64,000 nt of DNA from Octopus sinensis (lineage: Eukaryota). The stretch spans positions 38,192,001 through 38,256,000 of the forward strand of contig NC_042997.1 of the NCBI RefSeq assembly GCF_006345805.1, read 5' to 3'. This document shows, piece by piece, positions 1 through 12,859 of the stretch (positions are counted from its first letter, which is position 1; each line of letters starts with the position of its first letter). The notes beneath the pieces are model-generated. The model saw only the letters and a list, made by a program, of their open reading frames with translations, made no database searches and was not told the origin of the DNA. Both the position numbers and the translations under genes were made by a program.

Positions 1-60
1 AACGAAATATGGGTACGCATTTCGCCCGGCGTGCTAACGTTTCTGCCAGCTCACCGCCTT
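1..60 (-). mobile_element. SINE family B, 5' head fragment cut by the window edge
   Basis: Reverse complement matches the family B head aaggcgg(c/t)gagctggcagaaacgttagcacgccgggcgaaatgc seen intact at 50366. Confidence 0.8.
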
Positions 61-62
61 AA

Positions 63-113
<51 letters not shown>

Positions 114-977
114 ATTTATATTTTTTTTTATATATATATATATATATATTATGTATGTATGTATTAATAATAAATATCCTTGTTGATAAATACCCACAAT
201 TACAAACATAGAAAGAGAAAGGAAGGCATACCTCAAGTTACGACATTCGAGTTCCGCTATTTTCGACTTTACTTCGATCTCGGTGAGTATATCTAAACAT
301 GTAAAAATATTAAAAAAAAAAAACACCTGAATACCAATACCGAAATTTAAAATACAATACAAAACATGTGAAGATATGTAGAAATCATTTATCAAAACAG
401 ATATAAACCGATAAAATCTTTAAAAAGGTTTTTTCCGGTCAGATCGTTTTTTTCAAATTAAGTGTATGACTTGGAAACAATTACTGACGTAAAGTGAGGA
501 ATTCTTGTATAAGTTTCTTTATATACCGCTTGATGCTGTAGAATGAATGTTCATTTCGTATGACGTGGTCTATTTATTCTCTGTCTATTCACTCTTATCA
601 GCGACACCATCCACATTATCCTACACTGCCTAATTTTTCGACAGAATAAACGGACACCAGAGGAAAAAAAAAACGTGTGTTTTGAAGAAAAAGTATCAAC
701 AATTTCAAACACGTTTGTATTTGTACCTGTATTTGCGTGTGTGTATGTGCGTATATGAGTGTGTTTATCCTTCTGAATGTTTGAATTCATATGTACGTGC
801 GAGCGCACACACACACACACACACAGACGCACACGTAAACACACCTACTCACACATGCACACGCACACACGGGTATTTACTATTTTCGTACAAGTATTGC
901 CTATTCATTGCATTTCACTTTCTTTTGCTCGTGGTGAGAAAAAACACAGACGACCAGATTCAGTTTCCCACGGTGGA

Positions 978-1359
978 TGGAAGCACTCCGTCGGTTACGA
1001 CGACGAGGGTTCCGGTTGATCCGATCAACGGAACAGCCTGCTCGTGAAATTAACGTGTAAGTGGCTGAGCACTCCAAAGACACGTGTACCCTTAACGTAG
1101 TTCTCGGGGATATTCAGCGTGACACAAGAGAGTGGCAAGGCCGGCCCTTTGAAATATAGGTGCAACAGAAACAGGAAGTAAGAGTGAGAGAAAGTTGTGG
1201 TGAAAGAGTACAGCAGGGATCACCAACATCCCTGCCGGAGCCTCGTGGAGCTTTAGGCGTTTTCGCTCAACAAACACACTCAACGCCCGGTTTGGGAATC
1301 GAAACCGCGATCCTACGACCGCGAGTCCGCTGCCCTAACCACTGGGCCATTGCGCCTCC
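978..1359 (-). mobile_element. tRNA-derived SINE family A, full length (~382 bp)
   Basis: Head ggaggcgcaatggcccagtggttagggcagcgg with A/B-box-like motifs; 3' end ggagtgcttcca. TSD cagtttccca(c/t)ggt at 961-974 and 1361-1374. Four more copies in the window. Confidence 0.95.
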
Positions 1360-2307
1360 ACAGTTTCCCATGGTATAGCTTGTGCAGGTCATCAACCTAA
1401 AAAATGTGTGTATATGAGTGTGATTATCCTTATGCATGTTTGAATTCATATGTACATGGGCCCACACACACACACACACACACACAGATGCACACGTAAA
1501 CACACCTACACACACGTGCACACCACACACACACGGGTATTTACTATTTTCGTACAAGTATTGCCTATTCATAGCATTTCCCTTTCTGCTGCTCGTGGTG
1601 AGAAAAAACACAGACGAACAGATTCAGTTTTCCACGGTATCGCTTTGGCAGGTCATCAACCTCAATAATATGTGCGTATATAAGGTTGTTATCCCTATGC
1701 ATGTTTGAATTCATATGTATTTTCGCACACACACACACACACACGTAAACACACTTACACACACACACGGGTATTTACTATTTCCGTACAAGTATTGCCT
1801 ATTCATTGTATTTCACTTTCTGTTGCACGTGGTGAGAAAAAACAGACGAACACATTCACTTTTCCACGGTATCGCTTTGGCAGGTCATCAACCTCAAAAA
1901 TATGTGCGTATATGAGTGTGTTTTTCCTTATGCATGTTTGAATTCATATGTATTTTCGCACACACACACAGACGCACACGTAAACACACCTACACACACA
2001 TGCACACACACACGGGTATTTATTTTTTCCGTACAAGTATTGCCTATTCATAGCATTTCCCTTTCTGTTGCTCGTGGTGAGAAAAAACACAGACGAACAG
2101 ATTCAGTTTCCCACGGTATCGCTTTTGCAGGTCATCAACCCCAAAAATATGGAGTGGCAAACCTGAAGGTATATTTACACTTCTGTAATTACACAGGTAG
2201 ATATATTAGCGCTCCTGTATCTGACATCGCAAACATTAAAGTAATAGTGTTGAGTCCCGATTAGCAGAAAGTTGAAGTGCTGCAGAAGGGAGTACATACA
2301 TTGGTAA

Positions 2308-2690
2308 TGGAAGCACTCCGTCGGTTACGACGATGCGGGTTCCGGTTGATCCGAATCAACGGAACAGCCTGCTCGTGAAATTAACGTGTAAGTGGCTGAG
2401 CACTCCACAGATACGTGTACCCTTAACGTAGTTCTCGGGGATATTCAGCTGGACACAAGAGAGTGACAAGGCCGGCCCTTTGAAATACAGGTACAATAGA
2501 AACAGGAAGTAAGAGTGAGAGAAATTGTGGTGAAAGAGTACAGCAGGGATCACCACCATCCCCTGCCGGAGCCTCGTGGAGCTTTAGGTGTTTTCGCTCA
2601 ATAAACACTCGCAACGCCCGGTCTGGGAATCGAAACCGCGATCCTACGACCGCGAGTCCGCTGCCCTAACCACTGGGCCATTGCGCCTCC
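2308..2690 (-). mobile_element. SINE family A, full length, flanked by a ~948-bp direct repeat
   Basis: Aligns end to end with 978-1359. Flanks 1360-2308 and 2691-3638 are near-identical. Confidence 0.95.
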
Positions 2691-3753
2691 ACAGTTTCCC
2701 ATGGTATAGCTTGTGCAGGTCATCAACCTAAAAAATGTGTGTATATGAGTGTGATTATCCATATGCATGTTTGAATTCATATGTACATGGGCCCACACAC
2801 ACACACACACACACACAGATGCACACGTAAACACACCTACACACACGTGCACACCACACACACACGGGTATTTACTATTTTCGTACAAGTATTGCCTATT
2901 CATAGCATTTCCCTTTCTGCTGCTCGTGGTGAGAAAAAACACAGACGAACAGATTCAGTTTTCCACGGTATCGCTTTGGCAGGTCATCAACCTCAATAAT
3001 ATGTGCGTATATAAGGTTGTTTATCCCTATGCATGTTTGAATTCATATGTATTTTCGCACACACACACACACACACGTAAACACACTTACACACACACAC
3101 GGGTATTTACTATTTCCGTACAAGTATTGCCTATTCATTGTATTTCACTTTCTGCTGCTCGTGGTGAGAAAAAACAGACGAACACATTCACTTTTCCACG
3201 GTATCGCTTTGGCAGGTCATCAACCTCAAAAATATGTGCGTATATGAGTGTTTTTCCTTATGCATGTTTGAATTCATATGTATTTTCGCACACACACACA
3301 CACAGACGCACACGTAAACACACCTACACACACATGCACACACACACGGGTATTTATTTTTTCCGTACAAGTATTGCCTATTCATAGCATTTCCCTTTCT
3401 GTTGCTCGTGGTGAGAAAAAACACAGACAGATTCAGTTTCCCACGGTATCGCTTTTGCAGGTCATCAACCTCAAAAATATGGAGTAGCGAACCTGAAGGT
3501 ATATTTACACTTCTGTAATTACACAGGTGGATATATTAGCGCTCCTGTATCTGACATCGCAAACATTATAGTAATAGTGTTGAGTCCCGATTAGCAGAAA
3601 GTTGAAGTGCTGCAGAAGGGAGTTCATACATTGGTAATAATAGCACACAATAAGACTCTATAATGTAACATTACGTATTGATGATAGATTATACAATTAT
3701 TCAATCATTTCATAAATAGTTTCATCTTCGATCATGAAAACATTCAAGGTAAG

Positions 3754-3849
3754 TATCTGACAGGTGTCGGATGCTTCTATCTGACAGGTGTCTGATGCTT
3801 CTATCTGACAGGTGTCTAATGCTTCTATCTGACAGGTGTCAGATACTTC
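3754..3849. repeat. 24-bp tandem repeat x4 (tatctgacaggtgtcNNatRcttc)
   Basis: Four directly adjacent units with no spacers. Confidence 0.95.
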
Positions 3850-4616
3850 TTATTTGAAATAAAAATTCTGAAAATGAAATATATTTACATAAATTTTCAA
3901 CGTCTCCAACAAATTCCTGATAAACTACCAACGCCCGGATATATTCTGCAAAACAATAACTCTTTACTTGAATGAGTAGTGTTCCCAAGGAATTATTGTA
4001 ATATGAAACATTATCAAATCTAGGTGATCTGTTGACCTAGTCAAGGCCTCGACCAATTCTGGCCGAATTTTATCAAAGTATCTAAGTCTATTAATATCGC
4101 AAATACATTCTGTAAAAAAAGAATTATTTTTGTTGCTTTATAATTGTTGTTATTGGGAGGGGACTTGAATACTGTACGCTATAACATGATCTGCCCTAAA
4201 GAACAACATCTACTCTCATACAAATGCGAGGGGTTTGTTTAGTAGTTTTTCGGGTTTGTTTTGGAGGGGGAAGAAAGTTTTTTTTTTAACAGGATTTTTG
4301 AAAAAATGTTTCACTTTCAGAATTTCACCGTATCTTAAAACAGATAATTTTTTTTTTTTTAATTTGGAAAATGACATTAACAAGGAAATGTAGTTGTAAG
4401 TTTGAAATGCTTTTCGTTGTGTAAAAACTATAATCTCCTATGTTTGAAAACATACGAAATGAAACGAATTTTTGAAAATACAGTGGTGGCAGGGTTGAAC
4501 AACAGACATGCTGGTTCAAAAGGCAGTAGGGGTGTATGATTTGACGAAGATTTGGCTAATATTTCCTGCAGATCTATCAGTCCCATGCCGTTAGCACGAG
4601 ATTTCGATTAACATAT

Positions 4617-4848
4617 ATTTCTTTACTACCCACAAGGGCTAAACATAGAGAGGACGAACAAGGACAAACAAACGGATTAAGTCGATTACATCGACCCCAG
4701 TGCGAAACTGGTACTTTTATTTATCGACCCCGAAAGGATGAAAGGCAAAGTCGACCTCAGCGGAATTTGAACTCAGAACGTAACGACAGACGAAATACCG
4801 CTAAGCATTCCGCCCGGTGCACTAACGTGTCTGCCAGCTCGCCGCCTT
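4617..4848 (-). mobile_element. tRNA-derived SINE family B, full length
   Basis: tRNA-like head plus central gtcgactttgcctttcatcctttcggggtcgataaa domain. 14-bp TSD ttcgattaacatat at 4603-4616 and 4847-4860. Confidence 0.95.
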
Positions 4849-6874
4849 CGATTAACATATGTTTACCATACTTTCACGTTTCCGCATATGAGAGGAACAT
4901 ATCCAAAATCTTTTGTAAGTTTATTTCTAAAACATGGAATTTTGATAATTGTTTTTCAGTTTTGCAGTCTCTGTATTTTGAAATGAATAATTCAAATAAA
5001 AAAAACCCAAAGAAGTCATAATCACAAGAAAATGTTCGCAAATGTGGTTGAATTGGAATTTTGCAATGTCTTTTTGGCAAAATATTAATCTCCATTATTA
5101 GAAACAATAATCTGAAGAAATTTTCGAAACATAAAATTACAGATGAAGTGACTCAGCCACACGTCTGTTCAATCTTTTACACCTCCTCATTCAAATTTAC
5201 AACCAACGCTTTGTTCTCTGCTTTCATTTATTTATCTCTACTTTAATTCACTTTACATTTACTTTATATTCTAACTTATGAGTCCACTGAATATATTTTC
5301 ACGTACTATTATTTTTTTCTAAAGTTTGATAGTATGTTCTCTTCTATATTTCATTTGTTATATAACACCATTGTTTCAATATATAGTAAATTGCTCAAAG
5401 TAACATGTGGCGTACACATCTAGATATTACTGATACGTAGAAACCCACTGAAAGCTAATGCTATTTTAATAAATGCAAGATGTTTTTATGAGACAATGCC
5501 ATTGTTTTAACACCTATCTGAATGTTCTAAAAAACAACACGAAATTTACGTGTTACTGATATGTAACTGTCAACAAAAGATAATACTACTTTTACCTTTC
5601 TTCACATATGCAATTATATCGTATGCTGTACTTCTTATCAAAACTAATAACGTTTTTCTACATTTTTTGTCTTTCATTTAAACCACATAAACATAACATA
5701 TAATTATTTATATCCTCGATTATATTCCAATATATTCATTTTGACAGAGTTTTCTTTTAATTTCATATCCTATATTTTTCTTTATGCTGTTTCCGAAATA
5801 ATAGCATTGTTTCCAAATATACCGAATTGCCGTCAGTAACGACACGTAGTTTACATACAAGATTTGATAGGGCTGTGTCAAATCAATAATAGTTTACATA
5901 TTGATTTATCACGACCCCATAAAAGACAATGTTATTTTAAGATGTGCATATTTTATATACATTTTAGTACACCTAAGCAAGTATTTGGTTTTTGTCGTGC
6001 TTTGGACTAACAGATTTACAATTCTTTCACACTTATATCGATTTTTTGACGGCCTGATACGTCTGTGTGTGTGCACACGCGTGTGTATGTGAGTGCGTGT
6101 GTGTGTACATGTATACACACACACATATACATACATACATAAAACTATATTCTGTAAAGATTGAAGATATATGTTTGATATTTATCTCTATGCGTATCTC
6201 TAAGTCTTCTTATGATATGAATAACCTGAGCCACAGTATTTTTTCAACTCTCCGTTCAACCTACCCTCAATATCTCTCTGCGTCATGTAGCCAAACCGGA
6301 GTAAAATATTAATTTTTATTTATTTATCTAAAATCGATATTTAAAAATTCCCTTCAATTTTTAGCAGATATCAGTCATAAGAGAGATATTTTCCAACGGA
6401 AAAAATTTATACTTCCGTTACTTTCTAAATACACCGTCACTAAACAAAAAGATATCTCCATTTTCCGATGCAATCAGGGTATCTTTAATGTATCATTTAT
6501 TTAACCCTCGTTCTTGTGTTATTATTTCTTCTAACATACCTAATGATTGTTCTCCTTAATCTGTTTTAACTATTGTATTTCATTCGTGTATATATGTTAT
6601 ATGTGTATATAATTATATAATCTTTTCGAAAAAAGATAACGTTCTATAATCTTTTACGATGTCAATCAATAGTTGTTTTAAGTTATGTGTTGTATCTTAT
6701 GTGTTATGAATTCTGTTCTAAAATATGAAAATATATCCTGTTTCAAGAAATATATTATTTCTATTACATATCTTTATTCATCTATCACAACTGCAAACCC
6801 ATATGTTTCATCTTATTAGATATAAATCGTTTATTCCCATTCATACTGACATGAATTTCTTTAATCTGTTATGT

Positions 6875-7020
6875 ATTGCTTGTTTCAGTCGTTGAACTAC
6901 GGTTATGATCAGCCACCACCTTTTAGATATTAGTCGATCAATCGACCTCAGACAATTTGTTAAGTCTAGTTTTTATTCCACCTGTTTTTTTTTTGCCGAA
7001 TCCATTTCACAAAAGTGTTA
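6875..7020 (-). mobile_element. Degenerate SINE family C 3' part
   Basis: ttgtttcagtcgttgaactacggttatgatcagccaccacc resembles the reverse complement of the family C tail at 31845-31890. Confidence 0.5.
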
Positions 7021-8569
7021 AAGTAGTTTAGAATTAAAAAAGAATTAATATACATATTTTATAGACAGTGTTTTAAAAAGCTGAATACTTGCCTTAATAA
7101 TACTTCGAATTTATTCTATTTTTCTCTGCAACAAAACACTATTTCTCTCTTCAGTTCACATGTCCACGTTTACGTACACATGTTTCTCTTTTTTTCTGTA
7201 CAACTTGTTGTTGTTCCTATTTTCATTTTCTTATACCTAGAATTAAAACACCTTTATCAATACACATACACTAAGTATAACTTTTAAACTATCTATCAGT
7301 TATTTAAGTACGATTATCGTTAAACATTTGTTTTAAAAGAACCAATAGCTATAAACCTTTCATCTACTTAAAGCTGGCCCGTTCAGATTTTAATTTACCT
7401 TTGATTTCTTTATTTATACTTACCCTTGTCCAATATAAGTTACTACAAAGCTAAACTGCACGGCAGAAATCAGTAACCCCTTTCTAATACACATTTACAA
7501 TTATACTGTATATTATCGATTAAAACAACATCGAAATACATATAAAACCCTTCAGGACATCTAGCAATAACATTTTCCAATCACATTTTGTTCCACAACA
7601 TCCAGATAAATATAAGAAAATATATATACGTAGAAATATCAATAATATCTATGGCGCTTTCTGAGATAAAAACTATCGACAGGAAATGCAGAAGAATAAT
7701 TGTATTGTGACTGGGTTTCCTATGGTTGCACTCGATATGGTAGCCACCAAACTGTGCAGTCGTACAGAAATGGTCCAAGGACGGAGGCGCATTACGATAT
7801 ATCTTGTCAACTACACCATAGGCCGTACAATTTATCACTGCATGTCGGATTCTATGCTATGATCGTCAGCTTGATAGAAACGTGGTATAAATAGGAAGAT
7901 GGGTCTGTGCGACACGACACCAGTTGTTGCTCTCTCAATTACTTACGCGTCAAAAAAGTGCTCCGTCAGATGTGAACTGGTGCACAACAGTAACATTAGG
8001 TAATACTTTTCGAACCGGCGGGAGAACATTTACGTAGTCGCTGGATCGACTTATTATTGATTATTAACTACATGCTGGAGTTCTGAATTTTCTGCCTTTC
8101 ATGCCGTATCTGTGTATGTTCAGGAATGCAATGAATTTGTTGGCTTTCTTACTATGTAACATATATAAGTTGTCACAATACACTTGTTAAAGAGCTTTTT
8201 CGATGAATGACTTAGGAGGTTAGAGAGAAATATATTTAGATACGTTTTAAATGTCTCGGGAAGAACTTTGGCCAAGTTTCAGAAAATTTGGGGAATTGGG
8301 TGAATAGTTGCAAGCCCTTGGATGCAAAGCCGTACATGGTTCTGATGAGCTCCATCCAGTTCTGTTGAGCTCCATATGGTCTGGAGGAGAAAGTGTTACT
8401 TTAGGAACTACACCGCCCAACTTCACTTCTTTTTGTCTATCTTGCAAAAGTTTTGAGCAAGATTTTCGATAAACTTCCTTATGTATGACAGCATATTATT
8501 TTCGGTATATGCATATATGTGTGTTGATATATACGTGCTTTATATGTATAGATACAATTGTGTGTGCAT

Positions 8570-8583
8570 ATATATATATATAT

Positions 8584-8648
<65 letters not shown>

Positions 8649-8708
8649 TGTGTGTGTGTGTGCGTGCGTGCATGTATATACTCACAAACATTCAGATAGA
8701 TAGAAATT

Positions 8709-8762
<54 letters not shown>
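8570..8762. repeat. Compound microsatellite (TA)n-(GT)n-(GATA)n
   Basis: Directly visible simple repeats. Many similar tracts occur elsewhere, e.g. 17140-17224, 22915-22965, 26470-26590, 45395-45690. Confidence 0.95.
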
Positions 8763-8763
<1 letters not shown>

Positions 8764-9508
8764 GAGCGTGGATATATGCAGCTTGTTACATACAAATTAC
8801 CTCTAGCGCATATGCGTAAACTGCAGTATGTTGTATACTGAAAAACATCTAAATTAATTTTACATCCTCTGGCCTTATTGTCGTAAGCTATATTAAATTG
8901 TATGGTAATTTATTTGATGATGCATTTTTATTCATTAATTTCAGCAAATTCAAATATATTTTATGTTTCTAAATTTGTTTCTGTAAAATGTTAATTACTG
9001 ATTATCTCATTGTTGTTACTCCGCCCGGAAGAACAAATTGGTTCTTCAAACGTACGTTGCTTTAGGCGGTTGATGTATGTGTCTATACACAGCAGAAAAT
9101 CTCCAACTTATTAGCTGCATGCTGTAAATATAGAAAGGTAGACGGTCACGAAATAGCAATATAACTGTCTGCTTTCGAAGTGTTTAAATAAATCGATAAC
9201 AATCGATTATTAAACGTGCTATATCGTTCCACCAGAAACTGACTTAAAAGCTGCAAATCGAAGATATTTTAATTGTTAACTAGATTCTGTTAATATAATG
9301 CTATAGGTACTATTAAGCCGTTTCATGTGACCAATTGTGAATCATAAATTACTCGCATTCTCTCGCGGTATCCGATATAAATATTCAATATGATTTGTCA
9401 CATTGCATAAGACGCTTTTAATTCTCACTCTATTCTACATTATTTATTTTCAAACGAGCTATTTTGCTTAGAGTCCGTTGATCTCAATTACAATATTTGA
9501 TGTTTAGT

Positions 9509-9891
9509 GGAGGCGCAATGGCCCAGTGGTTAGGGCAGCGGACTCGCAGTCGTAGGATCGCAGTTTCGATTCCCAGACCGGGCGTTGTGAGTATTTATTG
9601 AGCGAAAACACCTAAAAGCTCCACGAGGCTCCGGCAGGGGATGGTGGTGATCCCTGCTGTACTCTTTCACCACAACTTTCTCTCACTCTTACTTCCTGTT
9701 TCTGTTGTACTTGTATTTCAAAGGGCCGGCCTTGTCACTCTCTTGTGTCACGCTGAATATCCCCGAGAACTACGTTAAGGGTACACGTGTCTGTGGAGTG
9801 CTCAGCCACTTACACGTTAATTTCACGAGCAGGCTGTTTCGTTGATCGGATCAACCGGAACGCTCGTCGTCGTAACCGACGGAGTGCTTCC
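9509..9891 (+). mobile_element. SINE family A, full length
   Basis: Same head and ggagtgcttcc end as the other family A copies. Confidence 0.95.
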
Positions 9892-10204
9892 TCCCCTTTT
9901 ATTTGATGTTGATGTTATTGTTCATTTTGTTGCCTTCATTGATGTTGTCGTTGTTGTTGCCTCTGTTCCAACTGCGGTTGTTTAAACTGTGGTTAAAATA
10001 TCCAGATGGGTCTATTAAAAATATACAATTGTACAGCAAACAATTTCACTGACATGTTACTTTCAAACTTTGACGCTTACATTTTTATGCAGCGGTAACA
10101 GTCTTGATGGTGCTGGTAGTAGTAGTAGTAGTAGAAATTCGCCTGCATTCAGTCGTTGTTTCAAATCATGTAGTTGGTGTCGTTTTCTTGTGGTCATAGT
10201 GAAG

Positions 10205-10300
10205 TCGGAGGCGGCGGCGGTGGTGCTGGTGGTGGTGGTGGTGGTGGTGTTGGTGGTATGGTGGTGGTGGTGGTGGTGGTGGTGGTGGTGGTGGTGGCGT
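10205..10300. repeat. (GGT)n low-complexity tract
   Basis: Directly visible; source of the polyP/H/V/W ORFs in the track. Confidence 0.9.
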
Positions 10301-11891
10301 TCGCGCTGGTGGTCGTGGTTGTGATCGAAGTGGTGATGATGGCATTGGATTAGGGCTAGAAGTATTCAAAGGGCTGCTTCGTGAATATTCCTGAACTGAA
10401 GAGGCCCAATATATGACACATAAGATCTTCCTTCCTTATATGGACCGTTGATGTAAATACAGTGTGACCGTGACTTTAGGTTTTATAATTATACAGTTTC
10501 TCCAGCTGGTATACAATTGATTATAAAAGAGCTCTCAGTGAACTAAATCTGTGATAGGTAAGACTCTTGTCCCTCACCGTATTGTTCAATTATTCGTTCA
10601 ACCTCCCCAAACTGCAGCTGGCTAATTTGTGAACTGGAATTTCGGGACGTTAAACGAATTTGTGAATGTTAATTTAGCCCTTATATTTCATCACGGAATA
10701 TAAAAATAGTTTGATATATATGAAATCTAAGGTAACGAATTCATTCTTCGTGGAAGTGGTTTATGTTAAATCCATACTTTTTGTCTTTCTATATTAATAT
10801 AAATGTCCCTTTTATATTGACTAGGAGTGTCAGGCACATCCTAAACATCGGCTCCGAAAGATCACCTTACCAAATTCAATCAATATTCCAAGGACGTGCG
10901 CCTCTACACTTTCTCTTCAACTTACTCTTATTGCATATTCTCATCAGTGGCTGACCATTCCTTTTTTCTCCATTTCATCACGATATTGGGGACGAGAAGA
11001 GGGATGATAGTTTTATATATTACAATTACATTTCACATAGAGCCCTTTTATAATCTATTATATATAAGAACTTTAAAACTAAAGTAGCCAATGCTACTTG
11101 AATTAATGACATATACAGGGATTGGAAGATTCTCATGTCGTATTCACTAAGCTGCTTCAATGCATTTCCGTTCTTAATCATACCAAACCTTTCTTTACCG
11201 CAAAGTTGACCCTATATAGATGCCTCTATACCCATGATTTTTCCTATATCCGTCAATTCCCAGCTGTTCGCCCCACAGAAATTCAACTATACCATGCACA
11301 CTTATTTCAATGAACATGCGAATGCCCTGAGCACGGCGCCTTCCTCCAAACCAAACCAAGAAAAAAAAGGCGGTTAAGCAACCATTTATATGATAATTAT
11401 CTGTTATCACAATTGATTAAAATAGGCGTAATTCAATGTGTACTCCGTATCGTTGATGGCTGACCCGAGAAGTTACCTGATAAATGAACAATTCAGGGAA
11501 CAGAAAGTCGTCTGCATTCAGTCGTTGTTTGAAATCACAAGATATTGTACATAATTTAACTCAAAATAGACAATGTAGATTGAATATTAAGCCTCTAGGA
11601 AGAGATCACATCGTAAAATTGGAGAGGCTAATGTTTTGTTGGATTACTATGTTATGTACAAGATTGGAGACAAAGAAAGCAAGAGGGTAGCCAGGAAATT
11701 TCTACTGTTGAATCACTTCTTGAAGCTCTGATAAGATTACCAAACTAGCTACCACTACTTTTTTGTGAGGAAAAGAATTTACGTATACTATATTGATATT
11801 TAGCTTTAAGAAAAAATATTTGATGAAGGGATGGTGTGATAAAGAGAGATAAAAAGATAAAAAGGTATTACTTTTTTCCTAAAGTAATTAA

Positions 11892-11922
<31 letters not shown>

Positions 11923-11935
11923 GAGAGTGATGTGA

Positions 11936-12215
11936 AAGCACGTGACCTAGTGGTTAGGGTGTTTTACGAATGATCACGAGATTGTATGTTCGATCCCCGT
12001 ACCAAGCGGTGCGTCATGCTCTTGAGCAAAACACTTCATTTCACGTTGCTCCAATCCATTGAGCTGTAAATGGGTAACCCTACGACAGAATAACCTTCTG
12101 ATCATGGAGAATGTTTGCTTGCTTGTGTAATCATTTGAAAGCTAAAACTATGCAAACTGCATTGTGATCACGTATGAATACCGTGATATGGTGTGATACG
12201 GAGGCATGTATTTTG
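11936..12215 (+). mobile_element. SINE family D (tRNA head plus CORE-like domain), diverged
   Basis: gcacgtgacctagtggttagggtg head, then tcttgagcaaaacacttcatttcacgttgctcca; matches 46380-46580. Confidence 0.85.
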
Positions 12216-12859
12216 CTGCATATGGAAAATATTTATATCTTTAGATCAATTTAGTGCATTAAATCGCCACTAGCCCTTGACCGGTAATGATCCTAACAAA
12301 CTGGAGGATGCAAAACAAAATTGATCTAGCTAGATTTAAACGTGAACGTGTTTGCCATAATATTTGGAGTTACAATAGAGGAAATAATGTAGTCATTTGA
12401 AATGCCTTGTAATTTATTACTATTTCATATGTTGATCTCCGTGGGAACTCGAGAAATGGTAATATTGAATACAAATTATATAACGGTTTAACTTGCCACC
12501 TGATCACATTTCCATTAAGATTGCTCGTAGATATGCGTCAGAGATTCCAATAAGCGATCAAGAAAAGACTAAAACACCAAAGTTTTGATTGGTTACGTCA
12601 TAAATATATTTGCTATCTAAACTATGTTTAGATATGCAATAGTTGTTTATAAGAAGTAAATGTAGGTTTCACTGAATTCTAGTTCCAAATATATATCAAA
12701 ATTTATTTCTAATAAAATGTTATATCTATAGAAAATTGTGAATGAAAATACTTATAAAATAGAAAACCAACTGGATAATGGTATACAGGCATATATGTAG
12801 TTTCTATAGACTTTGGAATATTCAAAGTAGCAACAAAATTTGGAAGTATACTTTTTTTT

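Larger units (their letters stand above)
739..3480. repeat. ~230-260 bp minisatellite with a (CA)n core, 7 units, interrupted by two SINEs
   Basis: Anchor gtttgaattcatatgta recurs at about 779, 1438, 1704, 1936, 2769, 3036 and 3267. All units share cgggtattta...gtacaagtattgcctattcat...ctcgtggtgagaaaaaac. Confidence 0.95.

Noticed and set aside
485-568. CRE-like sites (tgacgtaa, tgacgtgg), also the CCAAT/CRE pair near 12588-12600
   Set aside because: Short motifs expected by chance; no transcript evidence links them to a gene.
682-3487. His/Thr-rich ORFs up to 206 aa
   Set aside because: They are translations of the CA-cored minisatellite and SINEs, with frames changing between units.
3754-3849. 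CRISPR-like appearance of the 24-bp repeats
   Set aside because: Units are contiguous with no unique spacers, there are no cas genes, and the context is eukaryotic.
8247-8480. Minus-strand open frame EVYRKSC...SSRDI* as a terminal exon
   Set aside because: Weak acceptor, no recognisable domain and no linked upstream exon.
9509-9585. tRNA genes at the SINE heads
   Set aside because: No complete cloverleaf; each head continues into a SINE body, several with TSDs.
10070-10369. Formin-like polyproline or polyhistidine ORFs
   Set aside because: They derive from a (GGT)n tract; all frames give homopolymers and stop quickly.
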